The notes beneath the pieces were generated by a model. That model made no database searches. It saw nothing but the letters and a program-made list of their open reading frames with translations, and was not told where the DNA came from. DNA of 64,000 bases from Candidatus Saccharimonadales bacterium (lineage in GTDB: Bacteria; Patescibacteriota; Saccharimonadia; Saccharimonadales; UBA4665): NCBI GenBank assembly GCA_035510355.1, contig DATKHF010000001.1, positions 3,661 to 67,660 on the forward strand, read 5' to 3'. A program made the translations under genes and the position numbers. Position 1 is the first letter of the stretch, and each line of letters starts with the position of its first letter. Of this stretch, positions 6,964-16,203 are shown piece by piece.

Positions 6964-7832
6964 GACTGTTGACCTCTCATGAATTCACTAAAGGCTAGTG
7001 GAAGTGGTGCATAAAAGATCTTACGCTCTTTGTTTGGTAACGTTATCTCAAGGCTCATAGCATGTAGGTATAATCGCTTTGCCGACTTACCTTCATAAAA
7101 GGTGTCGCCAACTATTGGATGACCAATGTGTTTGAGGTGAACACGTAACTGATGAGTTCGGCCAGTCTGCGGACGTAGCTCTAGGAGGCTATGCACACCA
7201 TCTGACTCTAGAACCTTATAATGGGTCAGAGCGGGCTTGCCATTAGCACCAGTTCGAAACGTGGCTGGTGCTTTAGGATTACGTTCGATGGGCATATCAA
7301 TAATGGCTTCTGAGGGCTGTAGCTCGCCCTCGACGATTGCTGCATAGATTTTTTTAACCTTACGTTGGCTGAACTGTTTTTGGAGCCAGGCTAAGGTTGC
7401 CTGATTTTTCGCACCGATCATTACACCAGAAGTAGCTCGATCCAGTCGATGGACTATACCAGCACGCTCACCGTCTAGATCAGTTGTCCTACCGCTGAGC
7501 CAGGTCGCAACCGTGGCCTCAGGATTAAACGCGCCCTTGCTATGAGTCAGAAGGCCAAGCGGTTTATTAATAACCACGCAGTCGTCATCTTCATAAAGAA
7601 TTGGCAAGTCAATGTCAGGTATTTCTGTCAGTTCATTAACATCGTAATCAAGTGTTATTACTTCACCAACTTTTAATTTATAACTAGAACGGGCCGGTTT
7701 ACCGTTAACGAGAATTTTTTCTAGATCACACAGTTTCTGAACAGATGCTCGGCTGATTTCTGGAACCATTTGTGCCATACATACGTCTAAACGCGTTTTA
7801 GACCATTCTACCGTTATCTTAAATTGCTTCAT
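6960..7832 (-). CDS. rluD: RluA/RluD-family pseudouridine synthase with S4 domain
   Basis: 290 aa; catalytic HRLDRATSGV motif, KKIYAAIVEG, THQLRVHL. Confidence 0.8.
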   Translation of the reverse strand: MKQFKITVEWSKTRLDVCMAQMVPEISRASVQKLCDLEKILVNGKPARSSYKLKVGEVITLDYDVNELTEIPDIDLPILYEDDDCVVINKPLGLLTHSKGAFNPEATVATWLSGRTTDLDGERAGIVHRLDRATSGVMIGAKNQATLAWLQKQFSQRKVKKIYAAIVEGELQPSEAIIDMPIERNPKAPATFRTGANGKPALTHYKVLESDGVHSLLELRPQTGRTHQLRVHLKHIGHPIVGDTFYEGKSAKRLYLHAMSLEITLPNKERKIFYAPLPLAFSEFMRGQQS

Positions 7833-8869
7833 GCCGTTTTAGGGCGCAAGCCGACCGCTATTTGGACTTTTAGCAGTGTGGCATCAGCAATTTCATTCAT
7901 AGCTGCCTCATCCGACTCTAGTTTAGCCATCAATGCTTGTTCGTCAATGTGTGCTACGGCCGACTGGAATTCCGTTAAGAAGCTCTTTACGGCGTCTGCA
8001 ACGGCGCTTTTTAGCTCGTCATAACCTGTCTTACTTTCCCAGACCTTATTCACTTCGGTCTGAGGTGTCTGACTGAGGAGTGACAATATTTGTAATAAGT
8101 TGGTGATACCTGGCTGCTTCCCAAAATCAAAATGTATACTAGCCAGACTATCAGTGGTCGCGCTCATAATTTTTTTATCAGCTTCATCGGGATTATCGCC
8201 AAGAAAGATTATTCCTCGATCACTAGCATCGCTTTTACTCATTTTTTTGCTGGGATCAACGAGATCCTTAATGCGTAAACCCTGGTCTTTGCCAAAAAAT
8301 TCATGTTGTTGTTTGACTGGTTTTGGCACGGAAAGCAATTCGCCAAACTGATTATTGAGTCGCACAGCGATATCGCGGGTATATTCTAGGTGCTGTGTCT
8401 GATCATCACCAACCGGAACATACATGGCTCCGTATAAGAGAATGTCGGCTGCCATAAGGGCAGGATAGTTAAATAGCCCGACACTGATTCGGTCGTCACT
8501 AAGCTTCGCGGACTTGTCTTTAAACTGAGTCATCCGGCTCATCTCACCAAAACCCGTAAAACAATCAAGAATCCAAGCCAGTTCGCTATGGGCGCGGACA
8601 AAACTCTGTCGGTAAATATGAATATCTACCTGATCAAGCGGCAAACCTGCAGCTACAAATAGCTTGAGAGTATGAAGAGTTTGCTCATGCAGCTTAGAGT
8701 GGTCAGTCGGAGTCGTAAAGCTGTGTAGATCAGGGACAAAGAGGTTAATTTGATAGTCTCCGGCTCGGTGCATTGCCATATCTACAATGGGCAATAGCGC
8801 TCCAAAGAGATTGCCAATATGCAAATCATTATTGGCCCTGAGCCCCGTCAAGATTACTGGTTTAGCCAT
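7829..8869 (-). CDS. trpS: Tryptophan--tRNA ligase
   Basis: 346 aa; class I signatures LHIGNLFGA (HIGH) and KMSKS; GDDQTQHLE motif typical of TrpRS. Confidence 0.9.
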   Translation of the reverse strand: MAKPVILTGLRANNDLHIGNLFGALLPIVDMAMHRAGDYQINLFVPDLHSFTTPTDHSKLHEQTLHTLKLFVAAGLPLDQVDIHIYRQSFVRAHSELAWILDCFTGFGEMSRMTQFKDKSAKLSDDRISVGLFNYPALMAADILLYGAMYVPVGDDQTQHLEYTRDIAVRLNNQFGELLSVPKPVKQQHEFFGKDQGLRIKDLVDPSKKMSKSDASDRGIIFLGDNPDEADKKIMSATTDSLASIHFDFGKQPGITNLLQILSLLSQTPQTEVNKVWESKTGYDELKSAVADAVKSFLTEFQSAVAHIDEQALMAKLESDEAAMNEIADATLLKVQIAVGLRPKTA

Positions 8870-8880
8870 TACTACACATA

Positions 8881-9096
8881 TTATACATCAATATCCGGCA
8901 GTAACTCCGCACCCTCAACCGCAGTCGACCCTAACGGTCGACGATCTGCTACTCTGAGCTGAATATCACCTTCCGGGGGTACTGAGTGCCCCGTTTCAAG
9001 CAATTGTCGGGCTATTTCCTGAACCCCTCTCCATTCGTCGGGCCCTCGTTCAATGTGGAATGCTGCCAAAATAGCTTTTGCTTCCTTATCGTCCAC
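8881..9096 (-). CDS. Orphan 71-aa protein preceding trpS
   Basis: GTG start 5 nt after AAGGAGA; ends 11 nt before trpS ATG; no recognisable domain. Confidence 0.5.
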   Translation of the reverse strand: MDDKEAKAILAAFHIERGPDEWRGVQEIARQLLETGHSVPPEGDIQLRVADRRPLGSTAVEGAELLPDIDV

Positions 9097-9116
9097 GTAA
9101 TCTCCTTTAGTGTTTT

Positions 9117-9140
9117 AAAAACCGCCTGGTTTGGCGGTTT
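9117..9140 (-). terminator. Intrinsic terminator inside the trpS-operon leader
   Basis: Minus strand AAACCGCC-AAACCA-GGCGGTTT-TT (8-bp stem, 6-nt loop, 5 consecutive U). Confidence 0.6.
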
Positions 9141-9166
9141 AATCAATGCGTTCTTGGTTATGACAT

Positions 9167-9241
9167 TCATGAGCACACAGAACAAACCGCCAGGCTGGTG
9201 TCAATAAACCAATACTGATTGTTCTGTTGCGCTACGGTCAT
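9167..9241 (-). CDS. Candidate 24-codon leader peptide (MTVAQQNNQYWFIDTSLAVCSVCS)
   Basis: Own translation; ATG 7 nt after a -10 hexamer; single Trp codon at 9211-9209; overlaps the alternative RNA pairings of the leader. Confidence 0.35.
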   Translation of the reverse strand: MTVAQQNNQYWFIDTSLAVCSVCS

Positions 9242-9303
9242 ACCAAGAAATATACTTACCTTTTTAAGAAATGTCAATTAGATAAATTCACTTTTAACAG
9301 AGC

Positions 9304-9711
9304 TTAGCGTTTAGTAAACTGACGTTGCTTACGAGCACCTTTAAGGCCAAACTTCTTACGTTCTTTCTCACGTGAGTCACGACCGAGCAAATCAGCGCGA
9401 CGTAAGGTCGACTTGAAGTCCTCGTTCATTGCTACGAGCGCTTTAGCAATCCCAAGACGAATTGCCTCGGCTTGACCATCGTGGCCGCCCCCAGAAACCT
9501 TAACCGTAATTGCAAATTTGTTCTCCTGAGAAAGTGCTGTAAATGGTTGCTGGAGTTTACCGAGAAGGTATTTGCTATCAGCAAAATACGTTTCAGCAGG
9601 CTGATCATTAATCGTGATGCTGCCTTTGCCGTTCATGAGTCGCACGCGAGCCGTGGCGCTCTTACGACGTCCTAGACCATAAAAATAGTTCTTCGTAGTT
9701 GATGTTGCCAT
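9304..9711 (-). CDS. rpsI: 30S ribosomal protein S9
   Basis: 135 aa; YGLGRRKSATARV..., C-terminal ...RKQRQFTKR. Confidence 0.95.
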   Translation of the reverse strand: MATSTTKNYFYGLGRRKSATARVRLMNGKGSITINDQPAETYFADSKYLLGKLQQPFTALSQENKFAITVKVSGGGHDGQAEAIRLGIAKALVAMNEDFKSTLRRADLLGRDSREKERKKFGLKGARKQRQFTKR

Positions 9712-10151
9712 TATGCTTTATCCTTTACTGAAAGCTTTACAGGTTTCTGAGCTTCGTGCTGATGTTCTGTACCAGCATAGATCTTCAGCCGGGCAAGGCG
9801 GCCATCACGCAGTTTATTAGCCGGTAGCATGCCACGAATGGCATGGAGTAAGACCTCGGTTGAGTCGGTAGCAATTTTCTCAGACAACGTAGCAGATTTA
9901 AGGCCACTAGGGTAACCACTATAGCGGTAATAAATTTTCTTGTTTAGTTTGTCGCCTGTCGCGACTAAATTATCAGTATTAGTGATAATGACATAGTCCC
10001 CACAATCAATGTGGTGCGTAAACTGTGGTTTATCTTTACCGAGTAGTAAGCGGGCTGCCCTGGTGGCTACGCGACCAATTGGTGCTTCGGTGGCATCAAG
10101 AATGTACCAGCTACGAGTCACATCTGTTGGCTTAGCGCTAAACGTCTTCAT
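9711..10151 (-). CDS. rplM: 50S ribosomal protein L13
   Basis: 146 aa; W.ILDA....GR.A...A..L.GK.KP.FT.H.D.GD.VI..N signature. Confidence 0.95.
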   Translation of the reverse strand: MKTFSAKPTDVTRSWYILDATEAPIGRVATRAARLLLGKDKPQFTHHIDCGDYVIITNTDNLVATGDKLNKKIYYRYSGYPSGLKSATLSEKIATDSTEVLLHAIRGMLPANKLRDGRLARLKIYAGTEHQHEAQKPVKLSVKDKA

Positions 10152-10612
10152 TTCTTTTTCTCCTCAGCGGTTTTTACGGGTTTCTTTGCCGGAACCTTCT
10201 TGACAGTAGGAGCGGGCAGTTTCTCTACTGGTTTAGCAACTGGTGCAACCTTTAGATCATCCACAAAACTGACTCGAGCCAATTGGGCTAAATCGCCTCG
10301 GCGAACACGGGTCTTCTCAATACGTAGGTGTCCACTAGTTCGTCCTGCCATCTTTGGAGCGAGTTCGTCAACTAGCTTGTGAGCACTTTCCAAAGTTTGA
10401 AGTTGAGCAATAATCTGACGACGATTGTGTAAGCCCCCCTTCTTAGCCTTGGTAATTAGCTTTTCAACGTAGGGGACAACTTCTTTAGCCTTCGGTAGAG
10501 TAGTCTCTATAGATTCATACTTAACTAAAGAATCGGCAAGACTCTCAATCAGAGCATCGCGCTGATCGCGTTCACGGTGAAACTTTCGACCTTGATATCC
10601 GTGACGATGCAT
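10148..10612 (-). CDS. rplQ: 50S ribosomal protein L17 (Lys/Pro-rich C-terminal tail)
   Basis: 154 aa; MHRHGYQGRKFHRERDQRDAL...IETTLPKAKE. Confidence 0.95.
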   Translation of the reverse strand: MHRHGYQGRKFHRERDQRDALIESLADSLVKYESIETTLPKAKEVVPYVEKLITKAKKGGLHNRRQIIAQLQTLESAHKLVDELAPKMAGRTSGHLRIEKTRVRRGDLAQLARVSFVDDLKVAPVAKPVEKLPAPTVKKVPAKKPVKTAEEKKK

Positions 10613-10615
10613 AGT

Positions 10616-11557
10616 CTAGAGCTCCAACTCCGCCAGTTTCTCTTTAACTTCATCAAGCGCTTTACTGCCGAAGCCTTTTAGGTCTCGCAGTTCAGCATCA
10701 CTGAGGCTAAATAAGTCTTTTAGTGTATGAATGTCATTATTGACTAACGCATTTGTTGTGCGAGCCGACAAATTCAAATCGTCGATTGACGTCATTAGTT
10801 CATCAGATTCTTCGTTATCAAAATCTTCACTTTGAGCAGAAGACACTATTTTGTGCGGTGCCGACTCAACACGAGTCTGTCCGGCTAGTGCCGTGTACTG
10901 ATTGACTAATATAGCTGCCGCTTCTTCAAAAGCATCACGTGGGGTTATAGAACCGTCTGAATCAATAGTAATGAGTAGTCTATCAAGATCAGTAGCTTGA
11001 CCAACACGTGTGTTCTCTACCTTATAGCGGACACGTTGAACTGGGCTAAAAATAGCGTCCAGAGCGATCATGTCGCTGGCTTTACGTGCGGTTTCTTCTT
11101 CGATCGTACGATAGCCACGGCCTTTCTCAACAACAATGTCCATAACCAGCTTAGCCTTGCTATCATCAATGTTTGCAATAACGTGGCTAGGGTTAACAAC
11201 CTCAACGTCAGCATTAGTTTGAATATCTTTAGCGGTTATCACACCTTTACCATTCTTAATAATACGAAGGGTCTGTGGTTCATCACTGAAAACTCGAAAA
11301 CGAACACCCTTAAGTCGAAGCATGATATCAACGACATCTTCTTTCACGCCGTTTACTGTCGTGAACTCATGACTTGCACCTTCGATCTTAAAACTTGTAA
11401 TAGCCGCGCCAGCAATACTAGAGAGGAGTACACGTCGTAAGCTGTTGCCCAGAGTCATCCCGTAACCACTGTGCAAGGGCTCAACTGTAAACGTCGCACT
11501 CACGTCACTGTGATCGTCAATGTTTACGAGTCCGGGGGTATGAATAATATTTGGCAT
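10616..11557 (-). CDS. rpoA: DNA-directed RNA polymerase alpha subunit
   Basis: Start moved to MPNIIHTPG (ATG 11557) preceded by AAGGAGAA; ORF-track start 11590 would overlap rpsD; N- and C-terminal alpha domains recognisable. Confidence 0.9.
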   Translation of the reverse strand: MPNIIHTPGLVNIDDHSDVSATFTVEPLHSGYGMTLGNSLRRVLLSSIAGAAITSFKIEGASHEFTTVNGVKEDVVDIMLRLKGVRFRVFSDEPQTLRIIKNGKGVITAKDIQTNADVEVVNPSHVIANIDDSKAKLVMDIVVEKGRGYRTIEEETARKASDMIALDAIFSPVQRVRYKVENTRVGQATDLDRLLITIDSDGSITPRDAFEEAAAILVNQYTALAGQTRVESAPHKIVSSAQSEDFDNEESDELMTSIDDLNLSARTTNALVNNDIHTLKDLFSLSDAELRDLKGFGSKALDEVKEKLAELEL

Positions 11558-11570
11558 TCTGTTCTCCTTT

Positions 11571-12191
11571 TTAACGCGAGTAATACTCAACGATTAATTG
11601 CTCATTAATGTCTGGTTCCGCATCCTCGCGGGTCGGCAAACCAGTTACTTCGATTTCAAACTTCTTGCGATTGACTTTTAGCCAAGCCGGAATTTCTGCC
11701 GGTGCTGGGCTAACATCATCAATCTGGGTAAAGTACCCGGTTTTATGACTGTGTGGTCGAGCTACCAATGTATCACCGGCTGCCAAACGAATTGATGGGA
11801 TATCAACGCGTCGACCATTTAGCATAAAATGACCGTGGGTTACTAACTGACGAGCAGCTCGACGAGACGGGGCTAGACCTGCACGATAGACAACATTATC
11901 AGCTCGTTGCTCTAAGAGTCGTAGCAAGACTTCACCAGACTGGCCTTGAGATCGGGAAGCCTCTTTCATGAGGTTACTAAACTGCTTTTCAAGCAGCCCG
12001 TACAAACGTTTAACCTTCTGTTTTTCGCGGAGCTGTAAGCTGTACTGACTAGCTTTGTTACGGCTATTTCGACCATTGGTTTGCTGACCAGGGGGTGTCG
12101 TACGCTTTGCCAATGCCTTGTGAGCCTTTGGGTGCAGAGCATAGCCTTCGCGGCGGCTCATTTTTACAATAGATTGGGTATCTCGTGCCAC
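11571..12191 (-). CDS. rpsD: 30S ribosomal protein S4
   Basis: 206 aa; S4 N-terminal and S4 RNA-binding domain (RLD.VVYR.GLA.SR..ARQLV.HGH). Confidence 0.95.
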   Translation of the reverse strand: MARDTQSIVKMSRREGYALHPKAHKALAKRTTPPGQQTNGRNSRNKASQYSLQLREKQKVKRLYGLLEKQFSNLMKEASRSQGQSGEVLLRLLEQRADNVVYRAGLAPSRRAARQLVTHGHFMLNGRRVDIPSIRLAAGDTLVARPHSHKTGYFTQIDDVSPAPAEIPAWLKVNRKKFEIEVTGLPTREDAEPDINEQLIVEYYSR

Positions 12192-12194
12192 AAT

Positions 12195-12665
12195 CTATAC
12201 CCGACGAGCCTTCCGTGGGCGAACACCACCGTGTGGCACTCCCGTTACATCGCGAATACTCTCAACTTGAATACTTTGAGTCTGCAAGCTTCGAATCGCC
12301 GCATCACGACCCAATCCAATGCCTTTAACGAAGACATCAACCTTGCTTAGCCCGTATGTTTGTTTAGCAGCCTGAGCAGCTTTCTCAGCGGCAATTTGGG
12401 CAGCATAGGCAGTACCCTTCTTTGATCCACGGAAACCGCTAGCTCCAGCGCTACCTGTAGTTAGGGCACCGCCATTGTTGTCAGTAAAAGTAACGATTGT
12501 ATTATTAAAGGTAGCTAAAATGTGTATTTGACCACTTGGTACACTTCGCTTTACTTTTTTGCGACGAGGAGTAGCAACTGTGGCTGCGGTAGCTTCAGCT
12601 TGAGGCGCTTCTACGGGCGCATCATCTGTTGTGGTTGTAGTTTCTTTAATATCTTCTTCAGCCAT
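12195..12665 (-). CDS. rpsK: 30S ribosomal protein S11 (about 35-aa acidic/Thr-rich N-terminal extension)
   Basis: 156 aa; core G.IHI.ATFNNTIVT.TD..G....GSAGASGF.GS.K.T.YAAQ. Confidence 0.95.
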   Translation of the reverse strand: MAEEDIKETTTTTDDAPVEAPQAEATAATVATPRRKKVKRSVPSGQIHILATFNNTIVTFTDNNGGALTTGSAGASGFRGSKKGTAYAAQIAAEKAAQAAKQTYGLSKVDVFVKGIGLGRDAAIRSLQTQSIQVESIRDVTGVPHGGVRPRKARRV

Positions 12666-12674
12666 ATGGTTCCT

Positions 12675-13061
12675 CTACGTCTTTGATGCCACTTTCTTCG
12701 CTGTGCCACCGACAGTAACTTTCTTGCCGCGGCGGGTACGAGCGTTGGTCTTGGTACGTTGACCGCGAGACGGCAAGCTAGCTGTATGGCGAATGCCACG
12801 GTAAGACTTAATGTCCTTTAAGCGCTTAATGTTGCCGCTAACGATCCTTTGTAATTCACCTTCAACCGTATATTTATCGTTGATGAAATCCTGTATTTTA
12901 GCAATTTCAGAATCAGTCAAATTCTTCGTTCGCACTGTCGGATCAACTTTAGCGGCTGCTAAAATATCACGACTTGTCTTCGGACCAATCCCGTAGACGT
13001 ATGTCAAAGAAATCTGTACTTGCTTTTCACTTGGAATGGTAACACCAGAAATTCGAGCCAT
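12675..13061 (-). CDS. rpsM: 30S ribosomal protein S13
   Basis: 128 aa; MARISGV.IP..K.V.ISLTY.YGIG. Confidence 0.95.
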   Translation of the reverse strand: MARISGVTIPSEKQVQISLTYVYGIGPKTSRDILAAAKVDPTVRTKNLTDSEIAKIQDFINDKYTVEGELQRIVSGNIKRLKDIKSYRGIRHTASLPSRGQRTKTNARTRRGKKVTVGGTAKKVASKT

Positions 13062-13063
13062 AA

Positions 13064-13180
13064 CTATCCCTGCCTCTGCTTATGCTTTGGCTTAAACTTG
13101 TTAATGACATACACTCGACCTTTACGGCGAACGATTTTGTCATCTGGACTGATCTTCTTGACACTTGCACGCACTTTCAT
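13064..13180 (-). CDS. rpmJ: 50S ribosomal protein L36
   Basis: Own translation (below ORF-track size cut-off): [38 protein letters not shown], 38 aa. Confidence 0.9.
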   Translation of the reverse strand: MKVRASVKKISPDDKIVRRKGRVYVINKFKPKHKQRQG

Positions 13181-13222
13181 GCGGATCATTGCTCCTTTGC
13201 TGCGAATGACTCACTGCTTAAT

Positions 13223-13444
13223 TTATGACTTGCGATAGGTGATTCTGCCCTTCGTGAGATCGTAAGGGGTCAACTCGACCGTAACGCTGTCACCTGGCAC
13301 TATACGAATGTAATGTTTACGCATTTTGCCGGCAACATGAGCTATAATTTGATGGCCATTTTCGAGCTCTACCCGAAACTGAGTCCCTGGAAGGGTCTCT
13401 ATAATAGTCCCGGTGAGTTCGATTACTTCTTTACTTGCCGCCAT
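13223..13444 (-). CDS. infA: Translation initiation factor IF-1
   Basis: Trimmed to [73 protein letters not shown] (73 aa); upstream part of the 128-aa ORF overlaps secY 3' end and is not IF-1-like. Confidence 0.9.
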   Translation of the reverse strand: MAASKEVIELTGTIIETLPGTQFRVELENGHQIIAHVAGKMRKHYIRIVPGDSVTVELTPYDLTKGRITYRKS

Positions 13445-13511
13445 AAATATATAACAAGATTTAAGTATACCAAGGTCACCGAAGTTTGTAAAGTGTTTTC
13501 CTCGATTAAAC

Positions 13512-15023
13512 TTACTTGTCTTTATCCTGGTCTTTATAAACTGGCTTACGGCGTCCAAATCGTAGGCGCCGAGCTCCAAGAGCTGCCTCTCCGGAGTTAC
13601 CAGCCTCATAGAAGAATTCTGGCTCAGAGTACTGATCGTAGGTGACCATTAATGCCCGAGATTCAATAGCTCGCAGCGTTTCGAGTGATACTGACACGAG
13701 AATCAAAATACTGGTGCCGCCAATACTAATACTGGCATTTATAAATATTTGAGCAATAATCGGCATGAGTGCCAGTAGTCCCAGGCTGGCAGCACCGAAG
13801 AGGGTAACACGATTAACTAACTTGCTGAGATATTTCTCTGTTTGTTTACCAGAGCGCACACCTTCAACAAAGCCACCTTGTTTTTGCAAGTTTTCAGCAA
13901 TATCTTTAGCATTAAAGGTCACGCTCGTGTAAAAGAAGGTGAAAACAAAAACCAACAAGAAGTATACAACTGGGTAAATATACGGCTGCAAACCACCTGT
14001 CGCAAACGTTGTTTGTGTAGGCTGCTGGAACCACGTTACGAGGCTCGATCCAATATGTTGTAAGTGGGTGCTATGCGAGCCACTCAGTAACTGCCCAAGA
14101 AAGCTCGGCACACTTAAAAATGCTACAGCAAAAATAATCGGAATAACACCAGCCGTTATGAGTTTAATTGGTAGTATGGTTGTGACACCACCATATGTTC
14201 GATTTCCTTGGACACGTTTAGCATAATGTATAGTTAAGCGCCGCGCGGCTTCGTTCAGCATCACCACCATCCATGTTATAATCACGATAACCCCGACCGT
14301 AATCACTGCATAGAAAAGAGTCTTTCCGCTGAATGGCAAAGTTCTGCCAAAAACAACTAACTTGTGACTTTTACCGGCTATAGCACTTACGATGCTACCG
14401 ATAGTACTTGGTAAGCGGCTGACAATACCGACCGTAATTAAAAGCGAGATACCATTACCAATACCTTTTTCTGTAATTAGCTCACCTAGCCACATCAGTA
14501 GCATTGAACCACCAGTTAGAGTAGCGATCATAAGTACCCACTGCATAATCGAGGTATTCGCCGTAATATCACCAATGCCACCGATGCTCTGAGCAGCTTC
14601 ACGTATCAAGTAAATCGACCCCACAGACTGAACAATAGCTAGTGGGAATGTCAACATACGGGTATACTGATTAATTTTTTTCTGACCTGATTCACCTTCT
14701 TTTTGTAGGGCTTCAAGTTTTGGTAAAGCCTTGGTGAGCAATTGCATAATAATCGAGGCATTAATGTATGGGCCAAGGCCAGCGAGCATAATCGAGAAGT
14801 TCGCCAGGGCACCTCCGGAAAGAACATTCATAAAACTCAAAAATTGCGGCGTATTTGCTGAGTTAAATAGGTTTGTAAGGATTTGCTTGAGGGTATCAGG
14901 GTTAGCCAGCGGCACCGGTATGTGGGCCAATATACGAAAAACGAGGAGCATACCAAGCACTGCCAATATGCGTTTTCGCATATCGCTGTGCTTTAGTGAA
15001 CGACCTATAATCCTCCAGTTCAT
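13512..15023 (-). CDS. secY: Preprotein translocase subunit SecY (C-terminal charged extension)
   Basis: 503 aa, 10 TM pattern, position between rplO and infA. Confidence 0.95.
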   Translation of the reverse strand: MNWRIIGRSLKHSDMRKRILAVLGMLLVFRILAHIPVPLANPDTLKQILTNLFNSANTPQFLSFMNVLSGGALANFSIMLAGLGPYINASIIMQLLTKALPKLEALQKEGESGQKKINQYTRMLTFPLAIVQSVGSIYLIREAAQSIGGIGDITANTSIMQWVLMIATLTGGSMLLMWLGELITEKGIGNGISLLITVGIVSRLPSTIGSIVSAIAGKSHKLVVFGRTLPFSGKTLFYAVITVGVIVIITWMVVMLNEAARRLTIHYAKRVQGNRTYGGVTTILPIKLITAGVIPIIFAVAFLSVPSFLGQLLSGSHSTHLQHIGSSLVTWFQQPTQTTFATGGLQPYIYPVVYFLLVFVFTFFYTSVTFNAKDIAENLQKQGGFVEGVRSGKQTEKYLSKLVNRVTLFGAASLGLLALMPIIAQIFINASISIGGTSILILVSVSLETLRAIESRALMVTYDQYSEPEFFYEAGNSGEAALGARRLRFGRRKPVYKDQDKDK

Positions 15024-15085
15024 GCTGCTGCCCTCAAATGTATTTACCCGCTGTTAACTTGCTCTTCAGTATACACTATCACTGA

Positions 15086-15598
15086 TTAGCTGACTTTTGA
15101 TGATTTACTAATTTTATCACTGGTCTTGTTGACATTTTTCGTAGTGGTAATTGGTCGTCCGAGCCGAGCGGTTGCTTCAAAACTACCACCTGCTTTTTGA
15201 ACTGCAGCTATTGCTGTAGCACTTGCGCCAGATAACTTAACGGCTACTTTCTTGGTAAGCTCACCTTTAACAATCAGTTTAACGCGGACATACGGATTAG
15301 TTATAAAACCAGCTTCAGCAAGGGTTTCAGCAGTAATTGTTGTTGCACCAAGGCTGTCCAGTTGACCAGTATAAACTACTTCCGGTGGCACGGCGTGGGA
15401 GTGAAAACCACGCAGCTTTGGAAGACGCTGCATGAGGGGGTTCTGTCCACCTTCAAATCCGGGCTTCTTTGAGGAGCCCGTTCGAGCATTTTGGCCCTTA
15501 GTACCACGGCCAGCAGTTTTACCTTGGCCTGCCGCAATACCGCGGCCGACCCGGTTAGCGGCCTTAGGCTTGGTTACTTGGAGGTCATTATATTTCAT
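15086..15598 (-). CDS. rplO: 50S ribosomal protein L15
   Basis: 170 aa; RVGRGIAAGQGKTAGRGTKGQNAR. Confidence 0.95.
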   Translation of the reverse strand: MKYNDLQVTKPKAANRVGRGIAAGQGKTAGRGTKGQNARTGSSKKPGFEGGQNPLMQRLPKLRGFHSHAVPPEVVYTGQLDSLGATTITAETLAEAGFITNPYVRVKLIVKGELTKKVAVKLSGASATAIAAVQKAGGSFEATARLGRPITTTKNVNKTSDKISKSSKVS

Positions 15599-16203
15599 AC
15601 TTTTGCCTTACTAGCTTTGGCTGCTGGTTTCTTTGCTGGTTTAGGTGTTGCAGCCTTAGCTGAATCAACGGTAGGTTTGGCTGACGCTTTAGAAGCGGCT
15701 GACATAGTAGTCGTCCATTTACTTGCAGGCTCAATAGATTGTAGGGCTGCAATCGTAGCGTAGGCAATGTTAGTCTTGTTACTTGATCCAAGCGATTTAC
15801 TGAGCGCATTATTAACACCAGCAATCTCAAGAATTGTGCGAACTACTCCGCCAGCAATCAGACCCGTACCTGCACTTGCTGGTTTAATTAGAATGTGAGC
15901 GCCACTAACTTTAGCTTCAGCTTCGTGCGGCACTGTACCTTTGTATAGACTTATAGTGATGAGGCTCTTTTTGGCAACTTCTGTTGCTTTTGTAACAGCA
16001 GCAGTCACATCAGCACCTTTGGCGATGCCAACACCAATTCGGCCTTTGTGATCGCCGACTATAACAAGTGCACGGAAACGAAAGCGACGGCCGCCTTTTA
16101 CCACACGGGCTACACGGTCAATGTGAGCCACTCGCTCATCAAATTGTTTTTCCTCCGGCACCAAGTCGGGTCGGCGTATTCTACGAGTATCTTTATCAGG
16201 CAT
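15595..16203 (-). CDS. rpsE: 30S ribosomal protein S5 (Ala/Lys/Pro-rich C-terminal tail)
   Basis: 202 aa; V..I.RV..VVKGGRRFRF.ALV.VGD..G..G.G..KA; overlaps rplO start by 4 nt so no rpmD between them. Confidence 0.95.
   Translation of the reverse strand: MPDKDTRRIRRPDLVPEEKQFDERVAHIDRVARVVKGGRRFRFRALVIVGDHKGRIGVGIAKGADVTAAVTKATEVAKKSLITISLYKGTVPHEAEAKVSGAHILIKPASAGTGLIAGGVVRTILEIAGVNNALSKSLGSSNKTNIAYATIAALQSIEPASKWTTTMSAASKASAKPTVDSAKAATPKPAKKPAAKASKAKV

Larger units (their letters stand above)
9113..9277 (-). promoter_or_regulatory. Promoter + attenuator-like leader upstream of orphan ORF/trpS
   Basis: TTGACA (9277-9272), 17 nt, TATATT (9254-9249); segments ACAGAACAA (9227-9219), UUGUUCUGU (9185-9177), UGGCGGUUU (9192-9184), AAACCGCCA (9140-9132), GGCGGUUU (9126-9119) give 1:2, 2:3, 3:4 pairings. 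Confidence 0.5.

Noticed and set aside
9113-9277. T-box riboswitch upstream of trpS (also checked upstream of tyrS and hisS)
   Set aside because: The leader is only about 125 nt. It has no recognisable Stem I or specifier architecture and no T-box consensus (AANNNGGGUGGNACCGCG). The tyrS and hisS upstream spacers are under 110 nt.
13445-13609. N-terminal 55-aa extension of the infA ORF (128-aa ORF in track)
   Set aside because: The extension overlaps the secY 3' end and has no IF-1 similarity. The canonical 73-aa IF-1 starts at the internal Met (13444).
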